A stretch of 50,096 nucleotides of DNA, from the NCBI RefSeq assembly GCF_001194135.2, contig NC_068986.1, positions 101,267,779 to 101,317,874 on the forward strand, given 5' to 3'. The stretch comes from Octopus bimaculoides (lineage: Eukaryota). A program made the position numbers and the translations under genes. A model generated the notes under the pieces. The model had not been told where the DNA came from. It did not search any database and worked only from the letters and a program-made list of their open reading frames with translations. Below, in pieces: positions 1 to 12,187 of this stretch (positions are counted from its first letter, which is position 1; the number at the start of each line of letters is the position of its first letter).

Positions 1-342
1 TTATTATTGATTGAGAGAGCAGTGCATGCCTTCAAAGTGACACTTGTGTACAAATATAAAAAGCCCAGTGTACCCATCATTAATACCCGCCTGATAAGGG
101 TACACCAGTCACATGCATCACAACCATATGTGTGCGACATGGTGATCTCATATCAAGATGAATAGCGCATAACCTCACAGGTGGGGCCCAGTTAGAATTT
201 TCTTCAGGTCGAGTAGCCCATCCCGCTCAAAAGGTGCCTGAATAAGGTTTGTTTAAGGATGTTGAGCAAAACACCCATGTTTCCAAAGGTGAGTTATTCA
301 AACCCCAAAGAATTCCTCGCAACACATGGCTATGATGCTCCC
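1..342 (-). mobile_element. Family B non-coding interspersed repeat (~550-bp consensus), 5'-truncated copy
   Basis: Reverse complement of 29155-29483 (shared blocks such as GGGAGCATCATAGCCATGTG, GGGATGGGCTACTCGACCTGAAGAAAATTCTAACTGGGC and TCTTGATATGAGATCACCATGTCGC). Ends in (TAA)n at the window edge. Confidence 0.85.
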
Positions 343-394
343 AAGTTGGTAGAATCGTTGATGCCGTGGGAAAATTCTTAATGGCATTTCTTCC
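343..394 (+). mobile_element. 5' head fragment of tRNA-derived SINE family A
   Basis: AAGTTGGTAGAATCGTTGATGCCGTGGGAAAATTCTTAATGGCATTTC resembles the family A head GAGCTGGCAGAAACGTTAGCACGCCGGACGAAATGCTTACCGGTATTTC (reverse complement of the 47858-48090 copy). Confidence 0.55.
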
Positions 395-397
395 ATG

Positions 398-473
398 TTA
401 TTATTATTATTATCATTAAAATTATTGTTGTTGTTGTTATTCTTATCATTATTTTCATTGCTGTTATTATTAA

Positions 474-536
<63 letters not shown>
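398..536. repeat. Degenerate then pure (TTA)n microsatellite
   Basis: Direct inspection. Confidence 0.95.
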
Positions 537-537
<1 letters not shown>

Positions 538-779
538 CGTAATTATTACAATGTGAAAGGTTTAACGGATATAAGCTATGAGCTGAAAAACAAAATAAAG
601 TCATTCATCTACGTAATATTTATCTCAAATAATATATATTGGGGCAGTTTAAACCCGCTATATTTCTGGTGCCAACTTTTATTGTCTCGGTCACCAAGCG
701 ATGATTGCACGCTTGAACACAAATGAAATAAAGCAAGAAATACGTTACGTACACGAATGAGCAGAAAGAAATTTAAGTT

Positions 780-872
780 ACAAACACGGAATTGCAGTTT
801 GTTCATCGTAAGTTTATCTTATATAATGTGTATTGGAAGATAAATGCAGAAAATCACACTTTGTACAGGAAC
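780..872 (+). repeat. Dispersed repeat fragment, second copy at ~5812-5896 (probable DNA-transposon relic)
   Basis: Both loci share TATCTTAT.TAATGTGTATTGGAAGAT.AATGCAGAAAATCAC..TTTGTAC.GGAACA. Confidence 0.7.
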
Positions 873-2358
873 AAGGAAAAGTCATTATGTGTATAAGTTT
901 AGAAACAACAAATGAACAAGAAAAATACGACCGTGATAACAGTGTGAATATATTAAGTCTCTACAGTTTATAAAACCAGAAAAAAAATCTATTTACTAAA
1001 ACAAGATAATTCCTTAAATACAAAACGAAGTCTTTTATAAGAAATGAAAGCAGTAGCTGTACCGAAATGTAACATCTATCACCATCTAAACATGGCTGTT
1101 CCGAAGGAACCCACATTATTGCTATATTTTTGCAGTAGGTGAACCCCACTTCCAGCTGGTTATTCGATTCAATCTGCATCCGGTATGTATTATAACCAGG
1201 GGAGTGAAACCCTAGCAACTTCCTGCAACGGGACTACCAGAGCGTGCGATTCCGAACTTTTTGTGATCCTCCTCAGCTAAGGATACTCGTCCGCTAGAGA
1301 TAGCAGCAGTTCACTTCAGCTCGAAATATATAGAAAACTAGTGACACACAGTTACTATAGTGACAGTATTTTTTTACATTTTTATCCTTTGTTTCAAACA
1401 TTAGACTGCGGTCATGAAGAATTTTCTTGAAATTATCCTTCCTAGTATAATGAATTTTGTTCTTAACGATTTTACAGTAAACCTAATAAAAGTAGAAAAA
1501 TATATATTTCCAAATATTTTAATATTAAAGTTAATGAGAAATAATTCAATTAAAAAGAGTCAATTTATCAAGATCGAATTATTCATTTGTAAATTTACGA
1601 TACAACATTCTACGTTGTTCAATGTAGTAGTATTTTAACTATAGAAATCAATGCACAAATATATTGTCCTAATATCGCCCGTTGACGTAGTTGCCTGATG
1701 GACGTGTAGAGTCAGATTTTAATTTCAATTCCGGTTTCATTTAATCTATTGCAAAGAGTCTTTGCTATAAATATCTTTACTAAAATAACACTGCAATCAT
1801 AAAAACCCCAAAAAAAAAAAAAGAAAAAAAAGGAAAATTATTAATCTCAACGTCAACGTGCTCGGTATGTATAATAAAGCTTCTACCGNNNNNNNNNNNN
1901 NNNNNNNNNNNNNNNNNNNNNNNNNNNNNNNNNNNNNNNNNNNNNNNNNNNNNNNNNNNNNNNNNNNNNNNNNNNNNNNNNNNNNNNNNNNNNNNNNNNN
2001 NNNNNNNNNNNNNNNNNNNNNNNNNNNNNNNNNNNNNNNNNNNNNNNNNNNNNNNNNNNNNNNNNNNNNNNNNNNNNNNNNNNNNNNNNNNNNNNNNNNN
2101 NNNNNNNNNNNNNNNNNNNNNNNNNNNNNNNNNNNNNNNNNNNNNNNNNNNNNNNNNNNNNNNNNNNNNNNNNNNNNNNNNNNNNNNNNNNNNNNNNNNN
2201 NNNNNNNNNNNNNNNNNNNNNNNNNNNNNNNNNNNNCATTATTTTCTTGTCTACGTTTTGTTTGCAATGTCCTGTACCCAGATATGCACCTATACATACA
2301 GGTGGATGTAGGTATGCACCTACCTGTACGTATATATGCATATACTCATTTACTATTT

Positions 2359-2406
<48 letters not shown>

Positions 2407-2708
2407 CTCGCTGCGTGTATGGCTCTCTATCTCTCTATCTATTTATCTATGTATCTATATTTCTCTCTCATTCTATTTAACTCTCTGTTTTACTCTCTCC
2501 ACACACGCATAGACACGCACATTTAAGTCTACATACACAAACATATCTATATATCGTAGTCTATTATAGCGCTTCTACAATTACATACACGCAGATACAC
2601 ACTCTCACAAACAAATACATGCATACTGTATATATACACATATATATATATATGCTTATGTGTCTGTGTGCGTATGTATCTGTGCTTGTGTGTATATAAT
2701 GTATGCAT

Positions 2709-2764
<56 letters not shown>

Positions 2765-2766
2765 AT

Positions 2767-2822
<56 letters not shown>

Positions 2823-2835
2823 CAGATAGATAGAT
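2709..2835. repeat. (GATA)n tetranucleotide microsatellite
   Basis: Direct inspection. Confidence 0.95.
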
Positions 2836-3512
2836 ACGTAGATTTGCGACGGAAAATTAAAGAAAGCTAGTGAGAAAAAAGAGAATAAGAAATAAAGGGT
2901 GAGTTAGATATATTGGAGGAGAGATTGAAATACACATAGATTGATAAATCGAAATAATATTAGGTATATTAAAGATGCAGATATGTCAAGTACAAGAATA
3001 GAAGATTGTCTGAAATGCATGGACGAACAATCCCGACTTTTTACTATGTGCGAATGCTTTTCTCTTTTCCACATGAGAAAATTTGTTTTATTGGATAAAA
3101 CATAATGTAGAACTGCTACTGTTTACAGATAAATTGATATATGGATCTGCTATTTTTTTCCTATCGCGCATGCGTACATTATAAGCATACATACAGACGG
3201 ATATTTATTAAATATATATTTACAGGCGTACGTATGCGTATACACATGCAGATGTTTATATATCTCCATATACACATTTACATGCACATATTTATTAGTA
3301 TATCTATCTGAGTATGTATCAATTTTACATGCNNNNNNNNNNNNNNNNNNNNNNNNNNNNNNNNNNNNNNNNNNNNNNNNNNNNNNNNNNNNNNNNNNNN
3401 NNNNNNNNNNNNNNNNNNNNNNNNNNNNNNNNNNNNNNNNNNNNNNNNNNNNNNNNNNNNNNNNNNNNNNNNNNNNNNNNNNNNNNNNNNNNNNNNNNNN
3501 NNNNNNNNNNNN

Positions 3513-3593
<81 letters not shown>

Positions 3594-4889
3594 AAGAGAG
3601 AGAGGATTTGGTCGATAGTTACATATTTATACACTGATATCACCTATATTTGTTTCTGCATCCATCTTCTATATGTACGCATGCATGAATGTGCGTGTAT
3701 ATATGTACTGTCCGGAACACAGACGATGTTACCGCTGTGAAGTGTCTAGGAATTAAGGCTAAGATTGCAAATTATGTTTACTTGAGAATAATGCTTGCGT
3801 TTGCGGGACTTTGTATTCCACCTAGATTTTTTTTTCTTTTTCTGCAACATAATTCCTTCAGTTTCCCTCTGCAATATAGGTTATTACGTTTCTTCTCAAA
3901 ATATAAATAATTGAATTTTTCTTTTTACCGTTCACCGTACATCCCCCCCCTACTCAATTTCCATCGCTAAAGATAAACTTTATACACATCCATAACCTCA
4001 TTCGCAACTCGACCAATAGGTCTATACCTTAATGCAACGACTGATACTAAAGCATTGTTTTCCAAGCTTAATCTCTTGATTTCAAAAATATTATTCCTAA
4101 TAGAAAACAGTTGTATATATATATATCAAATATAAAAATTGGGTGGTGTCATGAAACCAAAAATATTGTAATACATGAAAAAAGAATTTATGAAACGTAA
4201 GCTCCGTTCTTTTATCCAGGAAAATCTAAGCTAAATTATAATACTTACAGATTCTGGTGGGTACAAGATCTATGAAAAGTTTAGAACTTCTGTTTCACAA
4301 ACCATTTATGAATTAGGCGAAGCCAATTGTTGGAAATTATTTTAAAGAGGCATCTCGTATTTGAAATGAGATTTTGAAGTAACGCTCATGTTTGGAAGCT
4401 GTTCAACTGCATTTATGCACACACACAGTACAGATAAATGGATGTATATACATGTTTTCCAGTAGATGTGTGTATCTATGTTTCAGTATTAAAGTCTGTA
4501 TGCTCTTGATATAATTTTCTGAAACAAATTTGTTTCCTATATCATTTGCCATCGACAAATCCATACGTCTCGACATATCAAAATTTATTATTTGACAAAT
4601 TTTATAGTTTTTTTCCCCATTTTCTTTTCTTCGAACAATTCATATTAAAGCTATAAACTTTTCTTGTAGATTTCGATCTAATTTCAAATGCGTGTAAATT
4701 ACTTTTGGTTGAGAATGCTAAAATTATTAACCTGTATTTAACTATTATATTTTTTTCATTTTGACGTTTGCATTGTGTCTTTTTATCTCGTTATACATCT
4801 AATGATAAACGAAACTATTTTGTGAGTTCGCGAGTGAGATTTTTATGTATGCATGACTGCATGGTATCGACATTCACCTTTTTGTGTGC

Positions 4890-4944
<55 letters not shown>

Positions 4945-5811
4945 TGTGTATACATGTACATGTGTGCGTGTATATGTATGTGTGCAAGTGGGTATATTCA
5001 TATGTCAGTATATTTGTGAGTAATTAAACTAAATATTTCATATATTGAAATTTCTCCCTACTTTTTTCGCTCCCACGCTCTCTCAGTCTCATCGCTTTTT
5101 CTCGATTTTTTCTCTCACCTTTCCTCTCCTCCCTCTTTCTCCGGCAAACATCTTCTTGTTTTATCTTCCTTTTCTTTTTTTTTTTTGGACCTTACCATTC
5201 AATATTAGCATTACCCATATTTACAGTTTACAACTTTGTCGTAGCCTCTCAGTTATCTTTTATTCTATAACCCATTAATAAACAAGCGCCTAGCTAAATA
5301 ATGCCACACATACATGCATGCACGTGCGTTGACACTAATATGTCGCTCATTCAACCGTAATTAGTGCCTCTCTCTCAATTGTTTCATCCACCAAGCACAC
5401 ACAGTTACAAACACACACAGAAACATACGCACAAAAACACACAATCACACATACACATACACACACTCACACATACACACAGATACTCACGCAAACTCAC
5501 ATTGTGTCATTCTCTATGTGAGCAAAAATTTTGATCATATTTCAATGTTCCTTCATTTTTACCTCCGGCATTTCATTTAACCTGCTTTGGCATCTGCGCT
5601 CATCTCAGCCTAAACTAGTCGCATCCTTTCTCACATTTGAAGAAACATAATTCACAGAAACAATTTGAGTTTATAATTTATATATACTTATCGCTGTATG
5701 CCGAAGAGAGTGTGTGAATGAGTATGTATATGTGTGTGTACATGTTCGGGCTCTCAAATATACGCCTTACGGAGGCTATGGGATACATTATCGTTACACT
5801 GTATGTTATGA

Positions 5812-5896
5812 GTCACAAACATTGCGATTTTTAAGTGTATCTTATCTAATGTGTATTGGAAGATGAATGCAGAAAATCACGTTTTGTACGGGAACA
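5812..5896 (+). repeat. Dispersed repeat fragment, homologous to 780-872
   Basis: About 60 nt of near-identity with 809-870. Confidence 0.7.
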
Positions 5897-7257
5897 TTTA
5901 GAGGTCAATGAGTGTATGATAGCAACGATGGCATTTTTGCGACAATATCTAGCGAGTGTCGAATGTTTTAATGTATGTCACCTCAATTAATTAACTGAGA
6001 TTGGATAACTTTTGCCGTTACCTTATAAAGGACAAAAAGATATTTGCGGATCTATAATTAAAAGCAAAGGAAGATATGAAGAACATGAAAACAACGGTAG
6101 AAAAAGAAATAAAGAAATGAAAATTATGACCGTCAGAATGTGAAGCACAAAAGTAAGACCAAGTATACGTACAACAATGTAGTTAAATGAGAAACCGCAC
6201 TAAACCAGACGTAGAAAAATACACAATACTAATCATTTGAAACCGAAAGGAGAAAGGAAGATTGCGCAAAATTCATATTCAGAAATTCTAATACCGGAGA
6301 ATATGAACAGGGCGTATGGAATGTAGAAGAACTTAGAGAATCAACATCAAAATATCAGTCTATCGATAAATCAGTGTTTACAGCGGCTGAATATAAAACC
6401 AGAGGATAAACTTGTTTCAGCAAATTTGTATCTCAAACATTGTCATCGCAAAAGTTATATAAGCAAATGTAAACATAACAACTGAAATGTTTCTTGTTAA
6501 AGGCATAATAGTTAAAAAATGTATTGTCAGTTTTCCATCATATGGACTGATATACAGGCGCTAAACCCATACAAGCAATACAGATGTGTTATATACAGAA
6601 AATATTTAAGTAAACATATCTGTGAAAGCGAAACATTAATAAAAAGTAAAATGGTGAAATAGCAAGGGAAATAGGAAAACGTATTACCAAAAGAAGAAAT
6701 GAAATGAAAGAACGCCAGAAACACCAAAACATCGCTAAATCGGAAATCTTTTAACGATATGAAGGGAGAGCGATTCTTTCATCGAAATTACTTCCGACCT
6801 AAATAGTCTTCATTAATAACTAGCAAAAAATAAAATAGAAATATAAGAAGCAACTGTAACAGGGTTAGCACAATAGGCTCTTGGCAATTACAACGAGACT
6901 GTCCAAAATAACTAACACAGTGCCTAAAGTCTCGTGAGAAGCATTAATTCAGCAACAATTAGCAGAATGTGTCAGACCGTACTAACAAATAAGCAGCTGA
7001 AAAGCACCAGTAAATTAGGAGACTCCAAATGTCTGATAAAAATATTTTACGATGAACTCATTATGTGCTACTCTCATATTAATGTGATGCTGAATGAATC
7101 TTAAACCACAATTGGGTATAACAATAAGATAAGAATAAGAATATAACCCTCTTAATGCCGAAGACCTAGTCAATGGCAAGATTTATATTCTATCTCTGCA
7201 CTGCTTACAGCTAGTGCTTTACAACTAGAATACTTTGGATATATTGTTCTATTGGAA

Positions 7258-7631
7258 GTGCAATGGCCCAGTCGTTAGGGCAGCGGATTCGCGGTCATAG
7301 GATCGCGGTTTCGATTCCCAGACCGGGCGTTGTGAGCGTTTATTGAGCGAAAACACCTAAAGCTCCACGAGGCTCCCTCATTGGATGGTGGCGAACTCTG
7401 CTGTACTCTTTCATCACAACTTTCTCTCACTCTTACTTCCTGTTTTTGTTGTGCCTGTAATTCAAACGGGCCAGACTTGTCACGCTGAATATCTCCGAAG
7501 ACTACGTTAAAGGTACACGTGTCTGTGGAGTGCTCAGCCACTTGCACGTTAATTTCACGAGCAGGCTGTTCCGTTGATCGGATCAACTGGAACCCTCGAC
7601 GTCGTAAGCGACCGAGTGCCAACAACAACAA
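7258..7631 (+). mobile_element. Full-length tRNA-derived SINE (family D) with (CAA)n tail
   Basis: Pol III A-box-like TGGCCCAGTCG (7264) and B-box-like GGTTTCGATTCC (7307), correct tRNA-like spacing. The 3' ~170 nt is shared with the SINE at 35440-35762. Ends in CAACAACAACAA. Confidence 0.85.
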
Positions 7632-8526
7632 TTATTCTATATTATATACTGTTCTGTATAACATTATTCAATATATTCTTCTTTGCTATTCTATATCTTA
7701 TTCTATCTTATTCTAATATATCGCAGTTTGAATACTCATCTACCCACTGTGAAAATTAAGCAAATATTTTGGAAGATAACACGTGGATTAAATAATTCAT
7801 TAAGGCTACTGTATACTTCAGTGTTATTGTAAACAGCAAAATGAAACTGTACTGTTTAAGCAAAAACTTTGTTTATTGTATACAGCGAAGTACCTTTATA
7901 TTTTAATTGTAAAATATTATTACGAAATATCTTTGTCGAACCTCCAACCATTCTAGTAGATGTGTAACTTGTTATCTCAAATCCAAGGCTTTTCAAAGTA
8001 ATCACTTGATTTGATTTTAATGGTTTCAATGCATTTTGCCTTCATTAGAAAGAATAAATATACACTCTCACCATAAAACATATTTGATAATAAGAACAGA
8101 GATTTTGGCAAATTTGCAAGGGTAAAATAATAGAGCACTTATCAAAGATTTAACGTTTGAAAGAGCTGTGTGCGCCACCAACACCAGGCGTTCAAGNNNN
8201 NNNNNNNNNNNNNNNNNNNNNNNNNNNNNNNNNNNNNNNNNNNNNNNNNNNNNNNNNNNNNNNNNNNNNNNNNNNNNNNNNNNNNNNNNNNNNNNNNNNN
8301 NNNNNNNNNNNNNNNNNNNNNNNNNNNNNNNNNNNNNNNNNNNNNNNNNNNNNNNNNNNNNNNNNNNNNNNNNNNNNNNNNNNNNNNNNNNNNNNNNNNN
8401 NNNNNNNNNNNNNNNNNNNNNNNNNNNNNNNNNNNNNNNNNNNNNNNNNNNNNNNNNNNNNNNNNNNNNNNNNNNNNNNNNNNNNNNNNNNNNNNNNNNN
8501 NNNNNNNNNNNNNNATTGATATATAC

Positions 8527-8580
<54 letters not shown>

Positions 8581-8722
8581 GAAATACATCTGAATAATGA
8601 CACATGCATACATACATACAAACACATACACACGCTCTCTCAGACTTCAACATAGTGTGTGGGTAGGTATGTATCTATGTATATGTATATATACACACAC
8701 ACACACACTCGCACACGCATGT

Positions 8723-8762
8723 GTGGATCAATTTGGTAGATGGAAACTGAACGAAGCCCGTA

Positions 8763-8770
<8 letters not shown>
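8723..8770 (+). mobile_element. Internal fragment of SINE family C, followed by (TA)n/(TG)n
   Basis: TTTGGTAGATGGAAACTGAACGAAGCCCGTAGTATAT matches TTGATAGACGGACACTGAAATAAGTCAGTCGTATAT in the 26443-26745 copy. Confidence 0.55.
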
Positions 8771-8815
<45 letters not shown>

Positions 8816-8819
8816 TATA

Positions 8820-8854
<35 letters not shown>

Positions 8855-11800
8855 ATATATGCTCACACACACATATATATATGCATATATATATGTGTGT
8901 TTGTGTGTGTGTGTGTCTGCGTGTGTGTGTGCATATATGCTCGCACACGCGCACACTTAGTGCACAGGTGATCTAAACGACGAGATGCGCCTAGGTAAGG
9001 AATGTAACGGATAACTAGTGCCCCAAGGTTATAGCCGAGACGGTAGTTATGGAGTCATTGTAGATTTCGATATAGCAGATATACAATTTTTAAAGATACA
9101 TATACACATACATACTTACACACACACATGCTGATATAATTACTTCCTTACCACATTTTTTTCCAATAATAATAACATATATGACTTGAGATGGTTGCCT
9201 TTCCGTAACATTCCTTGTCTTCTTCAGCAATTATACATATATTTAATGTACGTAGCTAGGTTCAATATAAATCGAGTAAGTAAAATTTAGTCGGCAATGA
9301 GTACCACTATACGAGCTACGAGTACATATACTGTTATAAATAACAGCTAAAGTACTTATTGCTGCGTGCAAACCCACGTGTATATATGACAGGTTAGATA
9401 ATTTCCTTACGAGGAAAGCAAACCTAAAATACTAGATGCTAATGGAAGTTGTCAAATAATTGCATTTATCCCTACCATTTATATATAAATATATATATAA
9501 AATGTTAAATAATATGGATTCTAAAATACAAGAAAATACCTTGCAAGGAATCTAGATATAAAACCTGGTTCAATAACATTGAACAGTCGGAGTACTAAAT
9601 GGCATTTAGATCTGCGACAAAACTCATTGTCTCATAAGTAAAAAAAGGTAAATCTAGAGAATAAAAACATGACTCATATCTAACTGTTGAGAAATATGAT
9701 TGCATAACAGTTTTTATTTTCTGCTTTCCAAACCAGAAGTTGAAACGTCAATCTTTGACGAATTAGTGCATTCGATAGTTATTTGATCAGTTAAAAGTTT
9801 CGTATCAAATAATTGAAGATAAATAATATTCCATATATTTCCCTTAAGATTCATACGATTACTGCTTTTCTTATTTCCGAATGTCAGATGAACCTGGCAA
9901 TATATAAATTCTATTATTCTTACAAAGCCCGAAATAATATCACAAATATGACAAGCAAACAACAGAGTAATTATATGCTCGAAAAAGCAGCCAACATTCT
10001 CTTTGATCGGTACCAAAAACGATACGCTCTGTATGATTATGTCCATGTGCATAGTTTGCAACGAAATATGTGATGTGGTTGATAACAGACGACAGTTATT
10101 CATACGTTTGGTTCATCACGAGTAAACATGTGCCAAAGAACAATATGAAGAAATAATACAGGTTATAAATCAAAACATCATGTCGAATTACTTTTGAATT
10201 TCAGTTCAAGAAATGCAGGAAAAAAGTATTGATAATAATTTACCTACCTTATCACAAGATCACAGATTCCAGTAATTGTAGTAATTCGCACGATTATGTT
10301 AAGGACTATTTTAGTTGAGGAATTCGAATGATTAATACGAACCTTTGCTTTAATCATACGTACGTCTTTATTAGGTTTGAAAATATATCCAAATAATAGA
10401 GTATATAACAACTCGTGTCGCAACAAATCATCCGGCTATTGTGTATTTATACTGCTCTACCTATTTATTTATGATTTAAAACTTGCGTCATCAAATATTT
10501 GCGCCAATACACACAACACCAAAGAAATGAAATATGTTGCGTTGTTGATTTTCTATGAGAAAGAAATGTTCGTGAGAACACTGATAGCGCAAATGAGAGA
10601 GCAATAACGTATTAGGAGAAGAATGTACTTGTTACAATATTACTTATACCTTAAGTATTTGACCAACGTACTTTTCGACTAGCGGCACGACTGTGATGGA
10701 TATTTGAGAAGTGTTTGTCATTGGTGGTCGACAAAGAAGATCATGTGAGCACCGATCGATTAGAATTATGTCGTAACTGCGTTGGGTCCGCAGTGATACT
10801 TTAATTTTTGTAAGTATACTGTCTCTAGAACTCCATTAGGTAACGCAATTTTCCTCCTTGAAACGTGAAAAGTCGGGATATGAATATCTTCCAAAATTTC
10901 CAAAACGTCTGTCGATCACATAACGGAATTTCTATTTCGTTCATCGTGCAGCTTTTTTATTTGGGAGATTTTGACCAATACAATGTAGATCATGTAGTCA
11001 ATCCATACAGAAACTAAGGCTGGAATAATTGCAATGAGGGGGGCGATTTCATTTAAGTTTCAGTGACTATGTTCTTCTCTCGTTCATGTTTCTCGTTTCT
11101 TATTTTTAAAATCTTCATAGCTAATGAAATCTAAGCCCCCATGCCTAAGATATTCCACATCTAAATGGTTGATAAATCTTTGTTTTTTTATGAATAAGAT
11201 ATCCGCTATGATAAATATGTTCCTAAGAGATCAGGGAAAAGCGAGAATAATTTACAGATGTGAATGCTATGGATTACCAAGCAAGTAGAAGGCCTGCGAA
11301 ACAGGAAACCTAATATGTTCAGGTATAGCTTATCATCCACTCTAGTTAAATATCGAGCGAATATAAGTTTGTATCCGTACTTGTCAGTATTCCAAAACAA
11401 TAGTTAATGACACGGGAAAGAAGATACAAAAATACAGAGGAATTAAAAGAGTGCAACTGTTAAACAAATTTGAAACAAACAGGAATAAATCTAAAACTAC
11501 TCAAATGAAGCGCAAAATATAGTCTTGAATCAATGTACACTTCAAATATGTATTCGTTTGTGTGGGGTGTGAGAAGGATCTTTTGAACGAAACAAGCACT
11601 TCAGTCCTAATACATAAAGAATATGCAGGATTAATGAAGTAGGAGAACATAGAAATGGAATATGCGCAGCGAAAATATCTGCAAGGACAAATTGTCCAAA
11701 ATAATAAGCAGACTACTTTAACAGTCTTCAAGATCCATAACTAAACAAGAATAAAACGAAATCATAGGGGAAAGAAAAGAATAGAAGGTGTCTTTGCGGG

Positions 11801-12154
11801 CTATGATAGTAAATGTCTGATTAAAGAAAATAACACATTCCTTGCTTGCATATAACTTACACAATCTAAATTGCAATTGGTGAGTAGAAAATTAATAAAT
11901 GTTAAAAAAAAAAACCCAATTCATTCCCGTTTTTTGGCGAGGAGGATCGACAATGAAATGACACATAAGATCATGTAGTAAATATTAAATGCGAATGCGA
12001 ATTATTGAAAAGGAAGGAAGAGTTATCTTTACTTGAAGTCTTTAGATTATATATAACTTAAGTGGAACCTAAAAATATTAGGGCTGTTACGTTACCAGTA
12101 ATTATAAAACAGGTCGTGTGGATATGCCATATNNNNNNNNNNTGTGTGTGTGTG

Positions 12155-12187
<33 letters not shown>

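Noticed and set aside
7258-7335. tRNA-like sequences (also at 35440, 26110-26184, 48020-48090)
   Set aside because: They are SINE heads continuing into SINE bodies; no complete cloverleaf or acceptor stem, so not called as tRNA genes.
9714-10103. 129-aa minus-strand ORF with hydrophobic stretches
   Set aside because: Bounded by stops, has no convincing splice sites and no recognisable motif; length is attainable by chance.
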